Positions 54,801-64,000 of a stretch of DNA of 64,000 nucleotides are shown in pieces. Source of the stretch: Nitrosopumilus sp. (lineage in GTDB: Archaea > Thermoproteota > Nitrososphaeria > Nitrososphaerales > Nitrosopumilaceae). The DNA lies in the NCBI GenBank assembly GCA_965207445.1, contig CBDBLX010000002.1, positions 1,495,849-1,559,848 of the forward strand, in the 5' to 3' direction. A program made the translations under genes and the position numbers. Numbering within the stretch: position 1 is the first letter of the stretch; every line of letters starts with the position of its first letter. The notes beneath the pieces are model-generated. The model saw only the letters and a list, made by a program, of their open reading frames with translations, ran no database searches and was not told where the DNA came from.

Positions 54801-56646
54801 CTTTGTTATTGTCCAATATCTGGTTTGCGTCTTGGTTGGGCGGTACTCCTATGGGTAGTATCACATACCCAGTTGATTTTTTCTCCGATTTTCGCATTAC
54901 GCGCCCTACTGCTTGCACAATTTCCACCATTGATTCCTTTGGATTCATAAATGCAATTGAGTCAAGTGCAGGTACATCAACCCCTTCTGAGAGACATCTG
55001 GCATTTGAGAGTATGCGGCATTCATCGGGGGCAACAGAGGAGCTTTCCCGTAACCATTGTATTGCATCGGCCCTTTCTGTAGCATTTTGTGTTCCATCCA
55101 CATGACGTGAGTCACAACTAAATCGTTTTCCATCAGTTTCACGTGTGAGTTTATCAAACGTCCGTGCAAATGTCTTTGAGTCCACCACTCTGTTAGTATA
55201 CACAATACACGTCTGCATGGCCCGCATGTCTTCATTATCACTGTCTGGATTCTGAAGCGCTTTGTACAATCCCAGCATTCTTGCTGCATCAGTCAGCTTC
55301 AAATCACCGGCTTCTGTAGTTACATCTACCAAATTTTGCAGGTATTTTGCCCCGTATCTTTCATCAATAGCCAATACAGCTACCTTGTAATCGGAAAGTT
55401 GTTTGGCATCAATTGCATCTGAAAAACTCAATTCATGCAACGTTTTTCCATATACGGCCGTATCATCCATTGAATACAATGGAATGCCAAGGTTGGATGT
55501 CTTTGTCTTTATTTTGGCTTGGAATATTTTTGGAGTCGCCGTCATGTATATTCTCTTGTTAGCATCAATTGACGTGTGTACAAGTTGTGCGCCCCATTCA
55601 TTTCCCTTGTCAGCTCCAGTAGTACGATGCGCCTCGTCACATAATACAAGATCAAACGGCCTGCCTACCTCTTTCTGTGCGTCCACTACGGCTTTCATAC
55701 TCTGATATGTCGAAAACACAACAGTCATCTTTTTTTTGTCTGTTTTTTTTAATGCAGATGCTATCCGTTTTGGGTTTGTAGTCACACGAATCTCCATCTC
55801 AATTATTGGTATGTCAGCAGCCTCATCACCATGACTTACTTTGGGATCTGAACATACACCCACATACCCATGTGGGATTGTCTTTTGTTCGGACCAATAT
55901 CTAATGGATTGATGCATCAGTGAGATTGAAGGTACTGCATATAGTACCAGTCCGCCAACACCAACCATCGATTCTGCAATCCTGAGAGATACTAGTGTCT
56001 TACCTGTCCCACATGCCATTATCAGTTTACCGCGGTCTGTTTCTGCAAGACCACTGGATACATCCACAAGTGCCTTTTTCTGATAATCGCGCAATTTGTA
56101 TGGATCGCGCCGTGTTATTTTAGTAAGTCCGGCAGCCAAGTCGGGCCAATTAACATTGCTCGTTGACAATGATTTGAAATTCAGTGCTGTGCAACCATGT
56201 CCTTTGAGTGCATCTTCTACATTCTTTCCATAACTACTACCCGTGTATACTAACATCATATGTGAGAATGTACTACGTGAACCTGCTTCTAGAAAGCTAT
56301 CTATGTGCTTTTTTTGAATAGTGGTTTTATCGTAAAATTTACACTGGATGGCACACAATGAACCATCACTTTTTTCCTTTGCTACAAGATCCGCACCAAT
56401 ATCGTGACTCTTGTTACGTTCTGGATATTCATCCCAGAGCCAAACTGATTCAAAACGATCTTTGTATATTGGATCCACACTTAGAAATGACTTGACAACT
56501 TTTTCAAACAATTTGCCTTTTGTGTGTCCATCACCATCTGCTCTCTGACGTAATTGTTCTAACATCTTGTTAAATCCAGTATTGTTTCCTGTAACAGTAG
56601 CGTGCGGTTTATTGCCACCGTTTGGTTTGCCGGCTGGAGGAGTCAT
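51880..56646 (-). CDS. Type ISP (LlaGI/LlaBIII-like) single-polypeptide restriction-modification enzyme
   Basis: Mrr-like nuclease (LFE...DIGADLV...AIQCKFY), SF2 helicase (MACGTGKT, DEAH, SEGVDVP, QAVGRVMR), MTase (DPFTGAGTF, GNPPY), C-terminal TRD. Start is ATG 56646 or 56661. Confidence 0.92.
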   Translation of the reverse strand: MTPPAGKPNGGNKPHATVTGNNTGFNKMLEQLRQRADGDGHTKGKLFEKVVKSFLSVDPIYKDRFESVWLWDEYPERNKSHDIGADLVAKEKSDGSLCAIQCKFYDKTTIQKKHIDSFLEAGSRSTFSHMMLVYTGSSYGKNVEDALKGHGCTALNFKSLSTSNVNWPDLAAGLTKITRRDPYKLRDYQKKALVDVSSGLAETDRGKLIMACGTGKTLVSLRIAESMVGVGGLVLYAVPSISLMHQSIRYWSEQKTIPHGYVGVCSDPKVSHGDEAADIPIIEMEIRVTTNPKRIASALKKTDKKKMTVVFSTYQSMKAVVDAQKEVGRPFDLVLCDEAHRTTGADKGNEWGAQLVHTSIDANKRIYMTATPKIFQAKIKTKTSNLGIPLYSMDDTAVYGKTLHELSFSDAIDAKQLSDYKVAVLAIDERYGAKYLQNLVDVTTEAGDLKLTDAARMLGLYKALQNPDSDNEDMRAMQTCIVYTNRVVDSKTFARTFDKLTRETDGKRFSCDSRHVDGTQNATERADAIQWLRESSSVAPDECRILSNARCLSEGVDVPALDSIAFMNPKESMVEIVQAVGRVMRKSEKKSTGYVILPIGVPPNQDANQILDNNKVFETVWKILQALRSHDERMSIECNTADLRKELPKRVSIFGVDRDGRIRQHDPSGDTIPIGELDVPSNLIYSKIVDEVGDRRYFEYWSKDVADVVARLQERILTVIGDGKKSSSGGSGARKMFDSYMSGLREIMSDSVTEQDGIDMLAQHMVTRRIFNAIFDTDEFAKKNPVSVTLDAIIDELFLHGLDVEMDKLESFYKSIENRVSKLDTHDARQPVISELYGTFFKQAFPKMSERLGIVYTPQEVVDFILRSVDHVSRENFGRGVTDKNVNIIDPFTGAGTFLTRLMSEDLGMIRKEDLVYKYHNELFANEIVLLAYYIALVNCESVYAQRAGKFEQFEGISLTDTFSPGKLDEHTGDIMANVKRRIRRQRQTNITVIVGNPPYSAGQSNYNDQNQNIQYDDMDKRIKDTYLKKTKIINTNATHVGLLYDSYIRSIRWASDRIGKSGIIGFVTNASFIRTDVAAGIRACLQQEFTDVWIFDLRGNQRTRDEISRKEGGKIFGSGSRAPVAIIILVKNPKKTTPGTIYYRDIGDYHDRETKLNTIKTIGSIKSLDWKIIKPDKHHDWLGQRSSKFSEYLPIGSKDAKKGKGNAVFKMYSGGVTTGRDAWIYNSSKDELVKNMERHISYCNSQNLDNPITNPKKAKWDRESLIRLKRLGMQKFSKNKIRISLYRPFFKQNMYFDNVFNAMQALILNFFPKNDSKNSLIVCGFRPDMKIFGTYIVDSVPDLNIMSPSPTQCFPLYTYYNNSRQDNITDYTQEEYCEHYGDKTISKEDIFYYVYGLLHHPDYRKKYANNLSRELPHIPMAPDFWAFSKTGKQLADLHLFWETCKRYKLGKPKAPFGKYEKMAFDTKKASDVKGKKQTDGFITLKINGIVVFDNIPKIDYKVNGRTPLAWAVDRYKVRTDKDSDIINDATKTLDGKDIDIIALIERLVYVGVESDRLIANLPKEFEPKNWKPAKTGLEKFSTEQTKK

Positions 56647-56774
56647 GGTGAAACACCCCATTTAAATAACTGACTACAAAAATTAAGATTACATATAAAA
56701 CACCATACCTCAAAAATAGAGTATGGTGATCGCGTCCCACATCTAATTAATCGCGGTGTGTCCCACACTGCACT

Positions 56775-56962
56775 GCACTGCACGGTGTGTGCACTGCACG
56801 GTGTGTGCACTGCACGGTGTGTGCACTGCACGGTGTGTGCACTGCACGGTGTGTGCACTGCACGGTGTGTGCACTGCACGGTGTGTGCACTGCACGGTGT
56901 GTGCACTGCACGGTGTGTGCACTGCACGGTGTGTGCACTGCACGGTGTGTGCACTGCACGGT
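56775..56962. repeat. Perfect 16-bp tandem array (11 full units plus 12 bp)
   Basis: gcactgcacggtgtgt repeated; GTGCAC palindrome at each junction. Confidence 0.97.
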
Positions 56963-57045
56963 ACCTATGGAATCATATGGGTGCATGTCCGTCATTTTTA
57001 TCTGCTCATATAGAGTCATTGCATCTTCCTCCACACCCTAAACTC

Positions 57046-57642
57046 TCAATCATACTTCACAGAACCACCTGTCATATCTACAATAGCGCCTTCATCTAAC
57101 CTTATAACCCTAGCCTTCTCACCCTTTGCTATCTGCCGCTCCCCTATATGCGCTCTTACAATCATGCCCACTATTTCTGCAAACTCTAGCGCATGATTCA
57201 CAAAGGCCACTGACACATCTGAATACACACCCAAGGGAGGCGCACCCACGACTGCATACCTCTTGTCATCCGTTGGAACCCACGTCAAAAACTCTTGCCT
57301 CTTTACACTAGGATGCTGCGGCAGTATGTCCATTGCCACGGTATCTACAGGCAAAACCTCTAGGAACGAGCCGCGCCCTGCAGACGGATCGACATACATG
57401 TATGCGTCTGGGCTCAAGCCAACATCGCGCATTGCATCTTGCATTACCTGCACACACTTTTCAGCGGCCTCTTTAGTTGTAGTATACAAGTCCATACTCT
57501 TTGTCAGATTGATGTCAACAGACTTCCAAGCCTTGTCACGGTACCGGGTAGCATCCATTATCTCTTTCACAGATGGCCCATTTGCCATCTCATGCACCAG
57601 TGACCTGGCGGCATGATGCATATGTCCTGTTATATTGGACAT
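57046..57642 (-). CDS. SAM-dependent DNA methyltransferase-like protein with a variant catalytic motif
   Basis: DLYTT, YVDPSAGRGSFL (motif I), VVGAPPLG in place of GNPP(F/Y)G. Start overlaps the transposase end. Confidence 0.7.
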   Translation of the reverse strand: MSNITGHMHHAARSLVHEMANGPSVKEIMDATRYRDKAWKSVDINLTKSMDLYTTTKEAAEKCVQVMQDAMRDVGLSPDAYMYVDPSAGRGSFLEVLPVDTVAMDILPQHPSVKRQEFLTWVPTDDKRYAVVGAPPLGVYSDVSVAFVNHALEFAEIVGMIVRAHIGERQIAKGEKARVIRLDEGAIVDMTGGSVKYD

Positions 57643-58628
57643 CTCATTAACTCCTTTAGGCGATTCTCATATGCGCCATCCTTTATCAGAATCTTGTACA
57701 TTAGGCGCTTGTCTGACATGCCTTCAGTTATCTCAGACATTATTTCATGAGTGTCTTGTGGCCTTATGTTATGTCTGCCTGCAAACTCATTTACACATCT
57801 GTGCAAGTACTCTTTTGAGATGTGATGGAACGTTCCATCGTACCCGCGGCGCATCATTGACCAGAATGACTCCATACCGTTTGTATGTGCCTTGCCCCTT
57901 ACGTACTCACCTACTGAATGATTTACAGATTCGTGGTTTTCGAGTCCACCATAGGAGGAATTTTCATCCGTGTATTTTTTGGCCTCTGATTTAACGTTGT
58001 TTTCAATAAAGTCCTCTAGTCTGGCTTTGGTAGTTTCAGGCACGGGTTTTGCCACAATCGTTTTCGTTAAGCGGTCCCTTACGCCCACCACAGCAGTCTT
58101 CTTTCCCTTGCCTTTTTTATCTAGGTGCTTGTTTGATTCAGAGCCACCCAAATACACTTCGTCTATCTCCACCGGCCCCGCCATCTTTTCATCACCTGCC
58201 AAATTAACCCAGGCCTCTCGTATGCGCTGCACCATAAACCATGCAGACTTTTGAGTTATGTGTAGTTCGCGGTGCATCTTCATGCTGCTTATACCTTTGA
58301 GACTTGTAGCGAACATGTAGACTGCAATGGCCCATTTCTGATAACCAATTTTAGAACGGTGCATTACAGTGCCTGTTTTGACTGAAAAGTGACTGTGACA
58401 GATATTGCACCTATAAGGGACGCTTGGTTTACTTCCTTCATTGCCAGTGTCAGGGCTGCCACAATAGGGACACGGCCTTCCATCCTTCCACAAGATGGAT
58501 TCGAACCATTTCTCTGCCGCTTTATTGTCAGGGAGCATTTCAAAGAGTTCGATGATTGAGATGCCTACGCGATTACTCCTGCATGGGGCTGATGCACTCG
58601 TTAATGCCTCTTCGAGTATGTCTTTCAT
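57630..58628 (-). CDS. IS1595-family transposase
   Basis: CPYC...CNIC zinc ribbon, FSVKTGTVM, KGISS, VEIDEVYLGG, YTDE, VNHSVGEYV...HTNGMESFWS. Confidence 0.95.
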   Translation of the reverse strand: MKDILEEALTSASAPCRSNRVGISIIELFEMLPDNKAAEKWFESILWKDGRPCPYCGSPDTGNEGSKPSVPYRCNICHSHFSVKTGTVMHRSKIGYQKWAIAVYMFATSLKGISSMKMHRELHITQKSAWFMVQRIREAWVNLAGDEKMAGPVEIDEVYLGGSESNKHLDKKGKGKKTAVVGVRDRLTKTIVAKPVPETTKARLEDFIENNVKSEAKKYTDENSSYGGLENHESVNHSVGEYVRGKAHTNGMESFWSMMRRGYDGTFHHISKEYLHRCVNEFAGRHNIRPQDTHEIMSEITEGMSDKRLMYKILIKDGAYENRLKELMRCPI

Positions 58629-58772
58629 ACAGGGGGTTGAAAAGAGGGTTTAGTGAAAGTTTGTGCTGTTGTATATAGATTATATGTGATTATTTAGTTG
58701 TGAATCAAGTATATAATCCCCGCTAAACTCTCCAGTTTTCTTATATACGAGATGCACTAGTATTCTTAGATA

Positions 58773-59417
58773 ATGAAGGGTAACAACTTGGATGATTCAA
58801 CGTCCGCGTTCACCTGTTGTGACAAGGCGTTTGATGCAGGTGGCAAAACCGTGTCCGTGCGCGACGCACTTGTACTTATCAATCAGACACTGGATGAAAT
58901 ACTAATAGAACAAGAGGGGAGTGAGTTTGATGCCGATACTAGGTGGGCCTTGGCATGGTTTGAACAGTACAAATTTGACAACGGTGACTTTGGAGTGGCC
59001 GAAACACTTTCCAAGACGAAGAATACCAGTGTACATGGTATGGTGGATGCAGGTATATTGAAATCCAGTAGAGGTAAGGTGCGACTGTTCTCACCAAACG
59101 AGCTTCCAAAAGACTGGAATCTAAAAAAAGACAAAGGATTTACCATATGGGAAGCTACACATCATATGGTACGTTTGCTTGATACAAGTGAATTAGATGC
59201 AGCAAAAATCATGTCAAAACTTGGCTCTGCGGCCGAGCCTGCAAGAAAATTGACTTGTCGGTTTTATCATATATGTGAGCAAAAAAAATATACCAAAAAA
59301 GCACAAGACTATAATGCGTTGGTACAAAGCTGGCCAGAAATTTCTCATCTTGCAAAAAATGTTTTGGCGCTACGTACGTCACCGTCTAAAGGAATGAATT
59401 CATATGATGACCGCTGA
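58773..59417 (+). pseudogene. C-terminal remnant resembling a DUF1156-type adenine methylase
   Basis: SVRDALVLINQTLDE.L.EQEG.EFDADTRWALAWFEQY...AETLSK.KNTSV...YNALVQSWPEI. The catalytic N-terminal part is absent. Confidence 0.65.
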
Positions 59418-59721
59418 CATGCTTGACACCATGGTAAACCGTATTGTGAAACAATTAGATCCTGACGGTATCTTACTGTTTGGCTCTAGGGCGCGAGGCG
59501 ATGCAAGAGAGTGGAGTGATGTGGATCTTATGATTATAATGAATACGGTGTTGGACAAACGCAAAACAGCAATTGATACCCAGATGCTGTTAAAAGACCT
59601 GTTTATCAGTAAGGACATAATAGTAGTCACCAAGGACGAGATTCATCGTAAGCGTAACATAGTGGGCACTTTAATTCATGCGGCGCTTCAAGACGGGAGG
59701 ATGTTATATGAGCGATCATGA
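59404..59721 (+). CDS. Minimal nucleotidyltransferase (MNT antitoxin)
   Basis: LFGSRARGDA...SDVDLMII. Confidence 0.9.
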   Translation: MMTADMLDTMVNRIVKQLDPDGILLFGSRARGDAREWSDVDLMIIMNTVLDKRKTAIDTQMLLKDLFISKDIIVVTKDEIHRKRNIVGTLIHAALQDGRMLYERS

Positions 59722-60124
59722 TGCAGAGATACAGTCAGAGGCATTACAGTAGTTGAGATTTGCCAAGGACGATCATAACACGGCTATACAATTGATGAAC
59801 ATTGAATGTTTTTCACCACGACAAGTTTGTTGGCTCAGTCAACAGACTGCCGAAAAAGCACTCAAGGCTGCACTATTGTTAGATGCGGTCAAGTTTCCAC
59901 ACGTACACGACTTGAATATTCTAAGAGAACTACTTCCCAAGGGTTGGAATGTGTTGGACACGCACAGAGAACTATTCAATCTTACGGAATGGGCAGTGGA
60001 AGCACGTTATCCAGGTGACTGGCCGGAGCCTACAAACACAGATGCGAAATATGTAGAATCTACGGCACGTTTGATCTATGATTCTGTAGCCGTCGAGTTT
60101 AGACGTCGCGGCATACTTATTTGA
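59708..60124 (+). pseudogene. HEPN-domain toxin with an in-frame TAG at codon 15
   Basis: MSDHDAEIQSEALQ*LRFAKDD...QQTAEKALKA...HDL..L...EARYPG; overlaps the MNT end. Confidence 0.8.
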
Positions 60125-60575
60125 TCGAAATTTGTCATATAATCATGACTGCAACTCATAGTGATCTTATAGGTGACACTCTGGACATACTCCAATTATG
60201 GTAACTGTTTTGTACTTTACAGTTACAAGCAGGGTTTAAAGGGCATGCGCAGCCTTCCTGACCATCGTGGTTGCCTCGCGTAATGGGCCTGCCAGCAAAA
60301 AATGAATAGCAGATATGCAGTAGTGTGGGAGGAATGGCAGCCGTATGTATGGTCGCTTGTGCCATCAGACGGGCATGATCGTAATGCTATTGAAACATAT
60401 CAACTGTCGCTTGCAACATTGCATAAAATGTCGTAAAAGTTCTGACCTCTGACCTTGCGGATTATTCAAATAAAATCATATAAAACACATTGCGAACTAC
60501 TGACATGTAAACAAACTCACAAGCAATGATGACTATGATGGCAATCAAAACATATGATACCATCAATTGCAATAC

Positions 60576-60654
60576 AGTATAATCATACATAGTATAATCA
60601 TATATAGTATAATTATATATAGTATAATCATATATAGTATAATCATACATAGTA
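60576..60654. repeat. 15-bp tandem repeat (5 copies) downstream of trpA
   Basis: agtataatcata(c/t)at units. Confidence 0.9.
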
Positions 60655-60671
60655 CCACCACAAAACAAGTG

Positions 60672-61625
60672 TCAATGACGAGTAGCACTCTTTAGTCGTT
60701 TTGTGAATGTATGTACATGAGACTCTATCAAATGATCTGATGCAAGGGCTTTTTTGATTACATCAATGTATGCACTACCGACAATAACAGCATCTGCACC
60801 GGCCTCTACATACTTTTTTACATCAGCAGGTTTTGAGACCCCAAATCCCACTCCAATAGGCAAAAAGTCTGTTTTTTTAGATAGAGACGTTGCAATGCGT
60901 AATGCATCAAGGGTATAATTAGCAATTGCAGTGTTTTTCCCCCCAACACTCTTTTTTTTAATGCCAGTAGTACCATACACTGCCACCATATACAAGAATC
61001 CAGATGACAATTCCAATAGTCTTTTGAGTCTAGTGCGCGATGTGTTAGGTGATGCTAAAAATATAGTATCAATGTTATATTTACGAGCAGTCAGAACATA
61101 TAATTTAGATTCATCAAGGGACATATCAGGTAGTATTAACCCATCAATACCAGCATCAAATATCATATGTAATGCTTTATCATAACCTATACTATACAGG
61201 ATATTTGTATATGTCATTAATACAAGAGGAGTGGTAGGATTATCATATCGTATTTCCTTTACCATATCTAAAAATCCTTCAAATGTAGTTCCATGACCCA
61301 AAGATATGGTGCTTGCCTCTTGTATTGCAGGTCCATCTGCAAGCGGATCTGAGAATGGAAATCCAATCTCCACAATATCAGCACCACCACTTATCATACC
61401 TTTAATTGCAGATAATGACTGTTCAGGGGATGGAAATCCCGCCATTGCATATGTGATCAATGCTTTCTGATTTTTAGCACGCAAGTCTACAAACTTTGCA
61501 GCAATTCGTCTGGGTTTATCATTAGATTTGCTGTCATCATCATCATTATTATTATTATGAGACTGTTTGTCAGCCTCAAAATAAACACAATCTGTATATT
61601 TCTTTTTTCCATCAATGGTTTGCAA
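60672..61625 (-). CDS. trpA: Tryptophan synthase alpha chain
   Basis: [38 protein letters not shown]. Confidence 0.96.
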   Translation of the reverse strand: MQTIDGKKKYTDCVYFEADKQSHNNNNDDDDSKSNDKPRRIAAKFVDLRAKNQKALITYAMAGFPSPEQSLSAIKGMISGGADIVEIGFPFSDPLADGPAIQEASTISLGHGTTFEGFLDMVKEIRYDNPTTPLVLMTYTNILYSIGYDKALHMIFDAGIDGLILPDMSLDESKLYVLTARKYNIDTIFLASPNTSRTRLKRLLELSSGFLYMVAVYGTTGIKKKSVGGKNTAIANYTLDALRIATSLSKKTDFLPIGVGFGVSKPADVKKYVEAGADAVIVGSAYIDVIKKALASDHLIESHVHTFTKRLKSATRH

Positions 61626-62792
61626 GATATCGTTGAACCTCCTCTACATCTTTGTCACCTCTGCCAGATAACGTCACTGTAATGCACTCTGATCTCTTCA
61701 TAGTAGGCGCAATCTCAACTGCCTTTGCAATTGCATGTGACGACTCCAATGCAGGTATAATTCCCTCTGTTTTGGTAAGTAGTAAGAATGCATCCACTGC
61801 TTGTTTGTCAGTCACAGACACATATTTTACATCACCGGACTCTTTGTAGTACGCATGCTCCGGACCTACACCAGGATAATCAAGTCCAGCAGAGACACTG
61901 TGTGTCTTAGATACTTGACCATCTTTGTCTTGTAGTAGAAATGTCATCATACCATGAAGTACACCCTTTTTTCCTGCACTAATGGTAGCAGAGTGTAGTC
62001 CAGTATCCAAGCCTTTACCTGCCGCTTCTACTCCGATCAGAGATGTACTTGTATTTGTAAGGGGATAAAATGTCCCTATTGCATTTGAACCACCCCCGAC
62101 ACATGCAATTGCAACATCGGCATTGCGCCCTTTGTTTAATCGTTTGATCTGTCTTTTTATCTCATTACCGATGACTTTTTGAAAGTCCCTTACCATTACA
62201 GGGTAGGGATGTGGACCTACTGCAGAACCAAGTAGATAATACGTGTCATTAACATTTGCAATCCAATCTCGAATCGCCTCATTTATCGCATCTTTTAGGG
62301 TACATGAACCAGAGTCAACAGCCTTCATTGTAGCACCGAGCATCTGCATCCGTAGTACGTTCGGTTTTTGCCGTGCCATATCAACAGAGCCCATATATAC
62401 CTCAGATTTCATATTTAATGCTGCACATGCCATGGCAGTTGCAACGCCGTGCTGTCCTGCACCCGTTTCGGCTATAATGCGACGCTTTTTCATGCGTTTT
62501 GCAAGGAGTGCTTGTCCTAGAGTATTGTTTATTTTGTGAGCGCCACCATGTAAAAGATCCTCACGTTTGAGATATATTTTAGCACCGCCAATATGATCTG
62601 AGAGATTTTGTGCAAAGTATAATGGTGTGGGTCGTCCCGCATACTCTTTAAGATACATATCAAGCTCAGATACAAATATAGGATCATTGCAGAATTTCAG
62701 GTAATTTGCTTCAAGTTCTTCAATAGGGGGTATTAGTGTTTCTGGAATGTATTTGCCACCAAAGTCACCGAACTTGCCGTCTTTTGGGTATC

Positions 62793-62796
<4 letters not shown>
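61612..62796 (-). CDS. trpB: Tryptophan synthase beta chain
   Basis: [47 protein letters not shown]. Confidence 0.98.
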
Positions 62797-63873
<1,077 letters not shown>

Positions 63874-63884
<11 letters not shown>

Positions 63885-64000
63885 ATTCTCTGATCGCCTC
63901 CAATTTCATCACATCACCTGCATTACTAACAAACGCATCTAATTTTTTTGATGCAGTACCACTTGCAATTGATTCTTTACATACATCAACTGCATACGCG
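63874..64000 (-). CDS. trpD: Anthranilate phosphoribosyltransferase, C-terminal part
   Basis: Hand translation AYAVDVCKESIASGTASKKLDAFV...*; overlaps the trpC start, consistent with operon order. Confidence 0.7.

Larger units (their letters stand above)
51521..58721 (-). mobile_element. IS1595-family cargo transposon (7201 bp)
   Basis: 24-bp TIRs gggaattatatacttgattcacaa / ttgtgaatcaagtatataatcccc (23/24 match); 8-bp TSD gctaaact at 51513-51520 and 58722-58729; one transposase gene at the right end. Confidence 0.92.

Noticed and set aside
56643..57099. 16-bp array as CRISPR, or the Cys/His-rich ORFs in all six frames as metalloproteins
   Set aside because: No spacers. The unit lacks stop codons in every frame, so the ORFs arise automatically.

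Overview
AT-rich archaeal DNA. Gene content (rpo6, Alba, S25e, S26e, archaeal ThrRS, deoxyhypusine synthase, G1P dehydrogenase, small methylmalonyl-CoA mutase subunit, IPxW-type motif remnant) points to Nitrososphaerota/Nitrosopumilaceae. Giant repeat surface proteins, many IS relics and pseudogenes suggest a host-associated lineage (inference). A housekeeping backbone is interleaved with: (i) two paralogous giant Ig-repeat proteins, one complete at 3825 aa with FG-GAP, FN3 and NHL domains; (ii) intact IS66-, IS481- and IS5-type elements with visible TIRs and target duplications, decayed IS110/IS5/IS66 copies, and at least three short dispersed repeat families; (iii) a 7.2-kb IS1595-family cargo transposon (24-bp TIRs, 8-bp TSD) carrying an atypical methyltransferase, a 16-bp tandem array and a complete Type ISP restriction-modification gene. 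In that element, adding one repeat unit or losing two would put a leader ORF into ATGA-overlap coupling with the RM gene, making it a candidate phase switch. Many core enzymes also carry in-frame trinucleotide low-complexity insertions (poly-N/D/S/Q), which is unusual for a prokaryote. No rRNA, tRNA or CRISPR array was recognised. All family calls rest on motif recognition by eye, not database searches.
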